The notes below the pieces were generated by a model, which saw nothing but the letters and a program-made list of their open reading frames with translations, was not told the origin of the DNA and made no database searches. A program made the position numbers and the translations under genes. 64,000 bases of DNA from contig CBDCLO010000002.1 in NCBI GenBank assembly GCA_965218725.1, positions 654,970 through 718,969 of the forward strand, given 5' to 3'. Positions 28,840 through 38,288 of the stretch are shown here, piece after piece; position 1 is the first letter of the stretch; every line of letters begins with the position of its first letter. Source of the DNA: Nitrosopumilaceae archaeon. GTDB taxonomy: Archaea; Thermoproteota; Nitrososphaeria; Nitrososphaerales; Nitrosopumilaceae.

Positions 28840-29232
28840 ATGCAAATTCCTAAACTTGAATGTGTTATAAGTATTGATTGTAGGATTAATTATACTGAAG
28901 ATCCACAAAAAGTTAGGCATGCCATTTCTAACATTTTTTTAGATGTTGATATAGTAACAAATAGACATTCTGTACATGCAACTTCAAAAAAACTAGATTC
29001 TCTAGTAAAAATATATGACGCTATACATATTCATAAAACACAAAAAACATATTTTAGAATACTGCATAGTAATTTATTAGACTATTCAACATGGTTTTAT
29101 TTAAATAAACAAGCTGCATTTGTTAATTATGTTGCATTATGTGATAATAGCGATGAATCTCCATTAGGTCCAATTAAAGCTAGAATAGAATCAATAAATA
29201 TAGAACAAATTGTCAGATGGCTGATATCATAA
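28840..29232 (+). CDS. UPF0201/COG1931-type RNA-binding domain protein
   Basis: YTEDPQKV, FYLNKQAAF and ESPLGPIKARIE blocks. Lies immediately after the UPF0200 gene, which is the usual archaeal pairing. Confidence 0.5.
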   Translation: MQIPKLECVISIDCRINYTEDPQKVRHAISNIFLDVDIVTNRHSVHATSKKLDSLVKIYDAIHIHKTQKTYFRILHSNLLDYSTWFYLNKQAAFVNYVALCDNSDESPLGPIKARIESINIEQIVRWLIS

Positions 29233-29268
29233 AATATTACTTTGTATACATATTCATTTTAAGATTTA

Positions 29269-29517
29269 TCAATCTACAAAACTAATTCTAAATAATTCTA
29301 TTCTGTATTCTGTTTTTTTTACTGTACTATTTATTATATCATCAATTTTAATATAATCATGGATGTGGTTTTCAATATTACTAATTTTGTGCATATGATT
29401 ATTATCAATTAAGCTATTAAGATATATATGGCTATTTTCTGATACTATTTTTGTATCATATGGCACAACCAGTATAACTATTATAATTATTGTCATAATA
29501 ATCAAGAGTTTTATCAT
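29269..29517 (-). CDS. small N-terminally anchored hypothetical protein
   Basis: 82-aa ORF with one TM helix. Confidence 0.25.
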   Translation of the reverse strand: MIKLLIIMTIIIIVILVVPYDTKIVSENSHIYLNSLIDNNHMHKISNIENHIHDYIKIDDIINSTVKKTEYRIELFRISFVD

Positions 29518-29590
29518 TATTATGATATTTAATAAAAAAATATAAAAATTGAGGTGGTCTTAACACATATTAATTTTTTTAACTTATGTT

Positions 29591-30490
29591 TTATTCTACT
29601 AAAATCTCCAAGAGATCCTTTGCTACTATAACAGATTTATGTGTTTTTTTTGCTTCATCCATAAATATTGTTTCATTAGTATGTCTTGTTGAAAAATGAG
29701 TTAAAATCAAATTTGCAACATTTGCTTTCTTAGCAAGATTAGCAGCTTCTTTTGCAGTAGAGTGTTTTGTTTTTATTGCTTTGTCTTTCATACCATGTAA
29801 AAAAGTAGAATCAAAACTAAGATAATCGCAATCGTTAAAAAATAATTCAAGTTTTTTAGTAGGTCTAGTGTCGCCAGATATTCCTATAGTCTTTCCGCGT
29901 ATTTTTTTGCCTATTACATATGATGGTAATATAATTTTATTCCCAATACTGACTTTTTTGCCAATCTGTAAATGTTTCCACATTACACCTTTTGGTATTC
30001 CCAAAGATTTAGCTTTTTCTGGAATAAATTTACCAGGCCTATCTTTTTCTTTTAACATGTATGAAAATGAAGTAACTGAATGTTTTGCTTTACAAGAATA
30101 GATGCGATACTTCTTTTCATCCACAATTAATCCCTCACTTACAATAGTAATGAAAACAGGATATGATAAATTAAAATTAAGTATTTTCATATTTTCTATA
30201 ATAAAATCAACTATTCCATCAGGGCCATAGATCTCTATTGGTCTAGATCTTTGTTGTATTGACATTGTTTGTAGTAATCCTAAAATTCCAATACAGTGAT
30301 CCCCATGCAAATGTGTAATAAATATTTTCATTTCTTTGTTCCATTTTAGGCCAGATTTAAAGTATGTCAGCTGTGCTCCTTCTCCAACATCAAACATAAA
30401 GATATTGTTTTCCATCTCTATACAAATACATGTTAAATTACGTCTGGCTGTAGGCCTAGCTGCTGATGTACCTAAGAATATAATCTTCAA
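29591..30490 (-). CDS. rnz: ribonuclease Z (tRNA 3' endonuclease)
   Basis: Metallo-beta-lactamase HxHxDH motif ITHLHGDHCIGILGLL; also ISGDTRP and LTHFS. TTG start. Confidence 0.85.
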   Translation of the reverse strand: MKIIFLGTSAARPTARRNLTCICIEMENNIFMFDVGEGAQLTYFKSGLKWNKEMKIFITHLHGDHCIGILGLLQTMSIQQRSRPIEIYGPDGIVDFIIENMKILNFNLSYPVFITIVSEGLIVDEKKYRIYSCKAKHSVTSFSYMLKEKDRPGKFIPEKAKSLGIPKGVMWKHLQIGKKVSIGNKIILPSYVIGKKIRGKTIGISGDTRPTKKLELFFNDCDYLSFDSTFLHGMKDKAIKTKHSTAKEAANLAKKANVANLILTHFSTRHTNETIFMDEAKKTHKSVIVAKDLLEILVE

Positions 30491-30491
30491 A

Positions 30492-31385
30492 TCAGCTTAC
30501 TAACTTCTTTATATTTTTTGATATCAAACTTGATACATCCACTACTGATGTGCAACTTGGTACAGTATTTGTGCTTATTATTGATTCTACTCCAGAATTA
30601 ATTATATTATCTTCAGCTTTTTCTACTAAAATTGCATGAGTACATATTACAAAAATTTTTTTGCAGTTATTTTTTTTTAATAGTTGAACAGCCTTTATAA
30701 TGCTATTTCCAGTTGTTATCATATCGTCTACTAAAATTAAATCTTTTTTTGATACTTTATGTAATTTATTAGATTCAATCTCTATTGTTCCGTTTGCCCT
30801 ATCTCTATTTTTTTTTAATACTATATAATCTGATTTAATTATATTTGCTAGTTCTTTGGTCCTTTTAATGCTTCCTATATCTGGTGATACAACTAGTGGA
30901 TTTTGTAGCTGTAATTGTAGAATATATTTTGCTAATAGCGGAATAGCAGAAATATTCACTATTGGTATTTTAAATTTGCTTAACAAATATTCATTATGTA
31001 TATCAACTACTATTATACTTGTAGTTCCTATAGATTCCAGTAACTTAACAATTACATCGATTGTGACTATTTCACCTTCCAAAAACTTTTTGTCCTGTCT
31101 TGCATACCCCATATATGTAATAACAGCTACTACATGAGAAGAATATTTTTTTGCTTCATATATTAATGATAACATTCTAATTAAATTAGAATCCACTGGA
31201 GGGCATATTGGATGTAAAACTATAATTTTTTTGGTTTTTTTTATTGAGTTGATTGTAATTTTTCCTTCCCCATCTGAAAAAATTTTTAATTTGTATACTA
31301 CATTTTTTGATCCGATTTTTTTAGCGATTTTCTTTGCAAGATCCTTTGATTCATTGTTACATATTACAGTAAACTCATCCAACAA
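30492..31385 (-). CDS. prs: ribose-phosphate pyrophosphokinase
   Basis: YMGYARQDKKF, VVSPDIGS, and PRPP-binding loop LILVDDMITTGNS. Confidence 0.85.
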   Translation of the reverse strand: MLDEFTVICNNESKDLAKKIAKKIGSKNVVYKLKIFSDGEGKITINSIKKTKKIIVLHPICPPVDSNLIRMLSLIYEAKKYSSHVVAVITYMGYARQDKKFLEGEIVTIDVIVKLLESIGTTSIIVVDIHNEYLLSKFKIPIVNISAIPLLAKYILQLQLQNPLVVSPDIGSIKRTKELANIIKSDYIVLKKNRDRANGTIEIESNKLHKVSKKDLILVDDMITTGNSIIKAVQLLKKNNCKKIFVICTHAILVEKAEDNIINSGVESIISTNTVPSCTSVVDVSSLISKNIKKLVS

Positions 31386-31423
31386 AATATCTATTCTTAG
31401 ATGTTAATAAATAGATACCATCT

Positions 31424-33145
31424 TTAACCATTATCAGGATTTTCTAAATCACCAATACCAAACTCTTTTAATATACTATTGCGTTTATCATCAAGTTTTG
31501 ATATGTCGCTAGATTCTATTTTTTCGTTGCCTTGATAGATTGTTCGTATAGGCCACGGTATTCTAATATCGTACTTCTTGAATTCGTCAAATACTATTAA
31601 GTATATGCTGCTTTTAACTTTAAACTGCGTTCCATAATCCTTAACATATAAATACATGGTAAAATCCAATGATGATTCATTAAACTTATCAAATCTAATT
31701 ATAGGCTGGTTTATATCACCAGCATCCTTATCGCAACCACAACTTTGTCTGTTTTCATTCACATATGGACATCTATTTTGTCTTATTAGGTGAACACTTT
31801 TTTCATCTCTGATCTCTATCATAGCTCGTTTTCCAATTTTCATTAATATTGCAGCAACATGTTTTGGATCATTCAAATATGACACTCCTATTTTTATAGC
31901 AACTGGAAATAGTTTTACATCATTTGTATAATTGGTTATTTGGTTAGATACAAGATGTCTTGTTGGGACCACAGCTAGTGATTCATTCAGTGGGTGTCTT
32001 ATATATGTAACACGCGGCGTAATTTTGTGCACATATCCTCTGTATCCACTTTCTAATTTAATCATATTTCCTTCCTGGAGTACTTTATCTTTCCTAATTA
32101 AAATATATGCAAAATAGTTCTCCATTGTTTCTTTTAGTGCTAGTCCTATTCCTATACCTAGGCCACCTGTTGCTGTAGCTAAAACCACCAAATCTATTCC
32201 CCACCATGAGATGACAGCGATTACTGTTAATACAAAAATACCTATAGGCATCACCTGCTTCGCTGGTTTCGGAATACCCTTACTTATTTTTTTGTAGTAG
32301 CCTGGTGGCTTTGCACCAGCAACTGTTGGTTCAAAACTATTAAGCCTCTTTTGTTCTTTCCATATGTCAACCTGGTATATTTCTTCTGGAATATTTCCTG
32401 GTTTTAATTTATTACCAGATTTATTATTACCAGTTATACAATCATCATAATACTTCAAATATTTTATACTCTCGAATTCATTCCATTTTTTAAATGGATT
32501 TTTAACTAATTTACTGTATTCACCTATCTGCAAACCTTTTGAAGTACGAAATTTTTGTAGGATTTTTTTTCCTTCGTTTGTTTGTAAATAATTCTTGAAT
32601 TGTTTAGTAGTCATATCATCAGGAGTTGTTTTAGGTGGTGTCCATTTAAATAGGCTATAAAAAAACTCATTATCATCCACAAAACCATGCAGATTTTTCC
32701 ATATTTCAAAATCATTTAGTTCTTGTAGTAATTTTTCGTGTTTATCTAAAATAATTGGAATAAGTTGTGAGATTGTATATCCGACAATTATTATATTTAA
32801 AGTATTAAGAATTTTTGCAAAAGTTTTTTGTGGTGTTATTATCTCATTTAGTTTACCGTCTTCTCTAAACAGTTCAAAAATTTGAATATAAATATTGATT
32901 GATGAAACTAGTACTATTGCAAAGAATGGTAGTAATGCTAGTCTTATAAATTTAGCAAGGTGTGGTTTTGTATAATTAAATTTTTGTGATTGGATCCATC
33001 TAGCGAATTTACGATATATAGTCATAATTGTTATTATACCAACTACTAAAATTATAAATGCTATCTGAAGAGATAATGAAGAAGTAAATAACTGAAAAAC
33101 AACCCCAAACTGTCCGCCAGCTATATCAGTAATCTCATCAACCAT
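31424..33145 (-). CDS. MscS-family mechanosensitive channel (large variant)
   Basis: Multiple TM helices, then GIGIGLALKETMENYFAYILIRKDKVLQEGNMIKL..GYVHKITPRVTYIRH, typical of the MscS pore/beta domain. Confidence 0.75.
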   Translation of the reverse strand: MVDEITDIAGGQFGVVFQLFTSSLSLQIAFIILVVGIITIMTIYRKFARWIQSQKFNYTKPHLAKFIRLALLPFFAIVLVSSINIYIQIFELFREDGKLNEIITPQKTFAKILNTLNIIIVGYTISQLIPIILDKHEKLLQELNDFEIWKNLHGFVDDNEFFYSLFKWTPPKTTPDDMTTKQFKNYLQTNEGKKILQKFRTSKGLQIGEYSKLVKNPFKKWNEFESIKYLKYYDDCITGNNKSGNKLKPGNIPEEIYQVDIWKEQKRLNSFEPTVAGAKPPGYYKKISKGIPKPAKQVMPIGIFVLTVIAVISWWGIDLVVLATATGGLGIGIGLALKETMENYFAYILIRKDKVLQEGNMIKLESGYRGYVHKITPRVTYIRHPLNESLAVVPTRHLVSNQITNYTNDVKLFPVAIKIGVSYLNDPKHVAAILMKIGKRAMIEIRDEKSVHLIRQNRCPYVNENRQSCGCDKDAGDINQPIIRFDKFNESSLDFTMYLYVKDYGTQFKVKSSIYLIVFDEFKKYDIRIPWPIRTIYQGNEKIESSDISKLDDKRNSILKEFGIGDLENPDNG

Positions 33146-33280
33146 TTAAGATATATCTATACAAAGATTGTAATGATTAAGCTATTTTGTCAGTAGTTGT
33201 TACCATACTTATAAAAACTTTTTATGCACATGACTTGTGGGTATTAACACTTAACAATAACAAAAATTAAAATATGTGTG

Positions 33281-34612
33281 ATGCTAAATAATGAAAAAAC
33301 TATTTTTAATGAAGACCACTCTTATAAGATTATTACTTACACACTAAATAATTTTCGTAGAATCCCACAAATTGAAAAAATTGATGATAAAAAACAATTT
33401 GAAATTGAAGTTGTTGGGAATGTGTTTCCATTTAAAACAAATAATTATGTTGTAGACCAGTTAATTAATTGGAACGACGTCCCCGACGATCCTATGTTTA
33501 TACTAACTTTTCCACAAAAAAACATGTTATTTCCAAAACACTACAAAAAAATGGAGTTTGCGTTAGAACACTATTCTGACAAAAGAGAAATTATGGACAC
33601 TGCTAATGATATTAGAATGCAATTGAATCCTCATCCTGCAGGACAACTAGAACTAAATATTCCAACATTAAAGGATGGTACAAAGTTATTAGGAATGCAG
33701 CATAAATATAAAGAAACATGTCTTTTCTTTCCTAGTCAGGGTCAGACATGTCATGCATATTGTACATTTTGTTTTAGGTGGCCACAATTTATTGGATTAG
33801 ATGAATTAAAATTTGCTATGAAAGAAAGTGAGTACTTAATTCAATATTTGATCGAACATCCAGAAATAACAGATGTATTGTTCACAGGAGGTGACCCGAT
33901 GATAATGAATGCAAGAATATTTTCAACATACATTGATTCTATTTTAAATTCTAATGTTCCTAATCTTAAAACAATTAGAATAGGGACTAAGGCGCTGTCG
34001 TATTGGCCATATAAATTTCTAACAGATAATGATGCAAATGATACATTGAGAATTTTTGAAAAAATAATAGACAACGGGGTAAATGTAGCATTTATGGCTC
34101 ATTTTAATCATTTTGTTGAACTTTCAACTAATGTAGTAAAGAACGCTATTAAAAAAATACTAAGAACAGGTACTCAAATACGAACACAGTCTCCACTTTT
34201 GTCACATATTAATGATAGCTCAGATATCTGGATCAAAATGTGGAATATACAAGTTCAACTTGGTTGTATTCCATATTATATGTTTGTGGTTAGAGATACA
34301 GGCGCACAACATTATTTTGGTATTCCACTAGTCAAGGCATATAATATTTTTAGAAATGCATATAAGCATGTAAGCGGTATCTCTAAAACTGTTAGGGGAC
34401 CAAGTATGTCAGCTACACCAGGAAAAATACTAGTAGATGGTATAGTAACAATAAATAATGAGAAATTAATTGTACTTAAATTTATTCAAGGAAGAAATCC
34501 AGATTGGACACAAAAACCATTTTATGCCAAATACGATGAGAATGCTTTATGGATAAATGATCTTAAACCAGCTTTTGAAAAAAAATTCTTTTTTGAAAAT
34601 GGTAACATATGA
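33281..34612 (+). CDS. KamA-family radical SAM aminomutase (lysine 2,3-aminomutase-like)
   Basis: CHAYCTFCFR CxxxCxxC cluster motif, FTGGDPMIM, and KamA-like length. Confidence 0.7.
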   Translation: MLNNEKTIFNEDHSYKIITYTLNNFRRIPQIEKIDDKKQFEIEVVGNVFPFKTNNYVVDQLINWNDVPDDPMFILTFPQKNMLFPKHYKKMEFALEHYSDKREIMDTANDIRMQLNPHPAGQLELNIPTLKDGTKLLGMQHKYKETCLFFPSQGQTCHAYCTFCFRWPQFIGLDELKFAMKESEYLIQYLIEHPEITDVLFTGGDPMIMNARIFSTYIDSILNSNVPNLKTIRIGTKALSYWPYKFLTDNDANDTLRIFEKIIDNGVNVAFMAHFNHFVELSTNVVKNAIKKILRTGTQIRTQSPLLSHINDSSDIWIKMWNIQVQLGCIPYYMFVVRDTGAQHYFGIPLVKAYNIFRNAYKHVSGISKTVRGPSMSATPGKILVDGIVTINNEKLIVLKFIQGRNPDWTQKPFYAKYDENALWINDLKPAFEKKFFFENGNI

Positions 34613-34705
34613 AAAAGTCTGTTTGTTTGTGTTTTATACAACAACATCCATAAAACCGTTGATTCATAAATGCCGTGGTGTTATAACTAGTAACAATTGG
34701 TTGAT

Positions 34706-35617
34706 ATGATAGAATCTAATATTAAAAAGGATAGATGTGTACGCTGTGCAAGCAATAAGGTTGTCACAGACAATGAATCAGGTGAAATGTTCTGCTCAAA
34801 ATGTGGTTTTGTGTTGTCAGAGAAATTACAAGAATCTGGTCCTGAATGGAGATCATTCACACAAGATGAACATGGAGATAGGGCACGTGCTGGGGCGCCT
34901 ACTTCTTTAGCAATGCACGATATGGGACTAGCAACAATAATTAATCCTGCGAATAGAGACGCTTCAGGTAGACCATTAACATCATCTATGAAAAGCACTA
35001 TTGAACGCCTTAGAACATGGGATAGTAGAAGCCAAGTACATGAACCAGTAGATAGAAACTTTAGACAAGCGTTTAGTGAGCTTAATAGATTAAAAGATAA
35101 ACTTGCTATTTCTGAAGCAGTTATAGAAAAAGCTGCATACATATATAGAAAAGCGTTGGATAAAGGACTAGTACGTGGTAGATCCATTCCAGCATTGATG
35201 GCATCTTCATTATATGCAGCCTGTCGTGATACTGCGACTCCACGAAACCTCAAAGACATTGAAATTGCTGCTAACATAAAACGTAAAGATGTTGCAAGAT
35301 GTTATAGACTGCTTCTGAAGGAACTGGATCTTAGAATGCCTGTTACTAGTTCTGTACAATGCGTTGCTAGAATTGCAAGTAGAATTGGAATAGCTGAAAA
35401 GACGAGAAGATTTGCTATTAAGGTACTAAAAAATGCACAAGAGAATGAAGTTTCAGCAGGTAAGGATCCAATGGGACTAGCTGCAGCCGCTTTGTATTTA
35501 TCGTGTGTTAAAACAGGTGAAGATAAAACACAGCGAGATATCGCTGAAGCAGCTAATGTTACAGAGGTAACAATACGTAATAGATACAAAGGATTAAAAG
35601 ACTCATTAAAAACATAG
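34706..35617 (+). CDS. tfb: transcription initiation factor IIB (TFB)
   Basis: Zn ribbon CVRCASNKVVTDNESGEMFCSKCG, B-finger region, and two cyclin repeats (RGRSIPALMASSLYAACR; GKDPMGLAAAALYLSC). I prefer ATG 34706. Confidence 0.9.
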   Translation: MIESNIKKDRCVRCASNKVVTDNESGEMFCSKCGFVLSEKLQESGPEWRSFTQDEHGDRARAGAPTSLAMHDMGLATIINPANRDASGRPLTSSMKSTIERLRTWDSRSQVHEPVDRNFRQAFSELNRLKDKLAISEAVIEKAAYIYRKALDKGLVRGRSIPALMASSLYAACRDTATPRNLKDIEIAANIKRKDVARCYRLLLKELDLRMPVTSSVQCVARIASRIGIAEKTRRFAIKVLKNAQENEVSAGKDPMGLAAAALYLSCVKTGEDKTQRDIAEAANVTEVTIRNRYKGLKDSLKT

Positions 35618-35676
35618 TACTGAATTTACACATATAAAAAATGCAAACCACAACATAATTATTTGAAAAAAACATA

Positions 35677-36219
35677 TTGAATGCAACTGATGTATTGAGG
35701 AATGATCACGTAGAAATAAAAAGACTAGAAAAAATAATATCCAAATGTTCTAAATTACTGTATAGTGGTTATAATGTACCAATTGAAGACATAGAAAAAA
35801 TCACCATGATAATTTCAGAATTTTTAGATGCAATACATTATCACAGAGAAGAAAATTCATATTTTGCATGTATTTCGAGCTATGGCTTATTAAATAATGA
35901 GATACATGCATTCTTAATTGAGCATGAATTTGGACGTAGAATAGCTCAAAAAATAGTGAACTATATAGAAAACTGGAAGAACGGCAAGAATGAATCTGAG
36001 CATATAGCAAGATTTATGAGGACGTATTCTATTTACCTTACAGATCATCTGTCAAAAGAGAATACATTTTTTGATTTTGCTGAAAAAATATTATCCAAGG
36101 AAGAAGAACAGGCAATGCTTGAACAATTTCAAGCGGTTATGATAATAACAACTCAAATCAAAAAGATAATCAAAAGTATTGATCACTTGGAACGACAAAA
36201 CTGGTTCAAAAATAAATAG
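35677..36219 (+). CDS. hemerythrin-like (HHE cation-binding) domain protein
   Basis: NDHVEIKRL, HYHREENSYF, IEHEFGR and DHLSKENTFF are His/Glu ligand-like blocks. TTG start. Confidence 0.55.
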   Translation: MNATDVLRNDHVEIKRLEKIISKCSKLLYSGYNVPIEDIEKITMIISEFLDAIHYHREENSYFACISSYGLLNNEIHAFLIEHEFGRRIAQKIVNYIENWKNGKNESEHIARFMRTYSIYLTDHLSKENTFFDFAEKILSKEEEQAMLEQFQAVMIITTQIKKIIKSIDHLERQNWFKNK

Positions 36220-36665
36220 CTTTTACATGATTTATTTGAGATTTGATTATAGATGATTCAAATATTATATATACCAAATTAGTATCTAGACCATAAATCT
36301 AAACCATGCGTATCTGGATATATATTTTCTCTATACGATTTTGTATTACACTCTGATTGTTAAGAGTTTTTCCACACAATGGATATTTCTCCAATTCAAT
36401 TGGAAAAATCTTATAAACATATGTGGTACTTTTTTGAAAAATTATTTGAATATCAATTTAGGTTATGACTTCTACAATAGACTAATATAATTTGAAAATT
36501 AACTGATCTACATGACTAGTGGGCGTATTATGTTTTATGTTTCTAGTGTGAACTTAGATAGTGTATTGAATTAACATGATATTTAATTGGGGTTTTGGCA
36601 ATAATATTTCTTTATATAAGTTTTGTTCCATAAAATACTACAACCATTTAAAATAATGTATCATA

Positions 36666-37406
36666 ATGCATAGAGAACTTTCTAAAAATAAACTAAAAGT
36701 ACGTTTATTTGAAATATTTACCTCCATAGAGGGTGAAGGAATATTATATGGCACAAAAACATTATTTATTAGGCTTGCAGGATGCCCGTTCACATGTTTT
36801 TATTGTGATACAGGACGAGCGTTGCCACTTAACTCAGGTAACGAATACTATATAGATGATGTTTATAAGATCATCGATTCTAAACTACAAAAAAAAACAT
36901 ATAAGGTTAATTTTACTGGTGGTGAACCGCTTATTCAACATAAGGCCGTATTAGAAATGGCAAAATACATTCAATCTAAAAACATTCCTACATACCTGGA
37001 ATCATCATGTTTTGATTTTAATAAATTTTCATTATTGTTACCGTATATGAATTACATAAAAATTGAATTTAAGACAATTGATTCAGAGTTTGTAGATCAA
37101 GAGCATTATGGTAATATTTTACAAAACGAATTAAAATGTCTTCAAAACTCTATATTACATCATAAGACATTATACATTAAGATATTAATAGGATCAGGTA
37201 CAAATTTATCTAATTTCAGAAAATTACTTGTAGATATCTTTGGTGTCTCTTCTAAAGAAGATATTGCTGGATTTGTATTACAACCAATATATGGTAAATC
37301 AAAACCAACATTAAGTAAGCTGCTAAAATTTTATGATTCAGTATATCCATATTATGAAGAAGTGAGAATAGTGCCACAATTACATAAATTCATTAATGCA
37401 TCATAG
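36666..37406 (+). CDS. queE: 7-carboxy-7-deazaguanine synthase QueE (radical SAM)
   Basis: IFTSIEGEG, RLAGCPFTCFYCDT and FTGGEP. Confidence 0.8.
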   Translation: MHRELSKNKLKVRLFEIFTSIEGEGILYGTKTLFIRLAGCPFTCFYCDTGRALPLNSGNEYYIDDVYKIIDSKLQKKTYKVNFTGGEPLIQHKAVLEMAKYIQSKNIPTYLESSCFDFNKFSLLLPYMNYIKIEFKTIDSEFVDQEHYGNILQNELKCLQNSILHHKTLYIKILIGSGTNLSNFRKLLVDIFGVSSKEDIAGFVLQPIYGKSKPTLSKLLKFYDSVYPYYEEVRIVPQLHKFINAS

Positions 37407-37448
37407 TCATATTAGTTAACTTAAATACAAGCTGCTTTTTTAAATTTT

Positions 37449-37994
37449 ATGGATAATAATAGAGTAAAAAGATTAGTTAGAGAGTTAATTGTTGAACTTG
37501 GGGAGGATCCTACACGTGAAGGACTACAAAAAACTCCAGAGCGTGTAGCTCGTATGTACACAGAGATTTACAAGGGCTATGATTCAAAAGCAGAACTTTC
37601 ATTAAAATTTTCTGAGTACTCTGATGTTGTAATAGCAAAGGACATTAAATTCTATTCTATGTGTGAACATCATATGTTACCTTTTTTTGGGAAGGTATCT
37701 ATAGCATATTCTCCAAATAAAAAAGTATTTGGAATTTCAAAGCTTGTTAGACTAGTAGAGAAATATTCTAGACGCCTTCAAATACAGGAAAGATTAACCA
37801 AAGATATTGCAAATGAACTTTATCAACATGGTGTATATGGTGTAGTGGTAATTATTAATGCAGAACACCTATGTATGAAAATGCGTGGAGTAAAAAATGA
37901 CTCGAAAGTAACTACCATAACACGAAAAGGAATATATGAAAATGATCAAGAAAATATAGCTTCCATGATACATAGATTTGCTTATGATTTTTGA
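37449..37994 (+). CDS. folE: GTP cyclohydrolase I (FolE type)
   Basis: GLQKTPERVARMY, MCEHHMLPFFG, ISKLVRLVE...RLQIQERLT, AEHLCMKMRGV. Confidence 0.9.
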   Translation: MDNNRVKRLVRELIVELGEDPTREGLQKTPERVARMYTEIYKGYDSKAELSLKFSEYSDVVIAKDIKFYSMCEHHMLPFFGKVSIAYSPNKKVFGISKLVRLVEKYSRRLQIQERLTKDIANELYQHGVYGVVVIINAEHLCMKMRGVKNDSKVTTITRKGIYENDQENIASMIHRFAYDF

Positions 37995-38036
37995 TAATAA
38001 AAAAAAATAAATATCTGAATAAGGTTTATCAAGCTT

Positions 38037-38276
38037 ATGACAGCACATAATAATATATACATACCAAGAGAATCATTTCCAACATGGATTTGGTATGTAT
38101 TAGAATTAGTTATTATAACTATTGTATCAACGATCATCTCAAATGAATTTATGAAAACAACTAAAGAAATTGAAGATCCAATCTATAATTGGATGTTTTG
38201 GAGTATAACTGGAACTTTATTTATTTTGTGGTACATTTTAATAAGAAAATTTGTTTTACGTAAAATAAGTATTTGA
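38037..38276 (+). CDS. small 2-TM membrane protein, hypothetical
   Basis: 79-aa ORF with two clear hydrophobic helices. Confidence 0.3.
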   Translation: MTAHNNIYIPRESFPTWIWYVLELVIITIVSTIISNEFMKTTKEIEDPIYNWMFWSITGTLFILWYILIRKFVLRKISI

Positions 38277-38288
38277 ATTGTTAATGAG

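Noticed and set aside
34687-35589. Two long minus-strand ORFs (196 aa and 95 aa) antisense to TFB
   Set aside because: They exist only because the TFB gene is locally GC-richer, which lowers the stop-codon frequency. Their composition is Ser/Ala/Leu/Cys-rich, they have no motifs, and the plus-strand TFB assignment is unambiguous.
36379-36468. 29-aa plus-strand ORF (MDISPIQLEKSYKHMWYFFEKLFEYQFRL) in the queE upstream gap
   Set aside because: It is too short to support from sequence alone and has no recognisable motif. It is mentioned only in case conservation data exist.
36220-36665. A preQ1-type riboswitch upstream of queE
   Set aside because: Known preQ1 riboswitches are bacterial, and I could not recognise their short conserved hairpin/pseudoknot motif here. 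The gap is reported only as unexplained.
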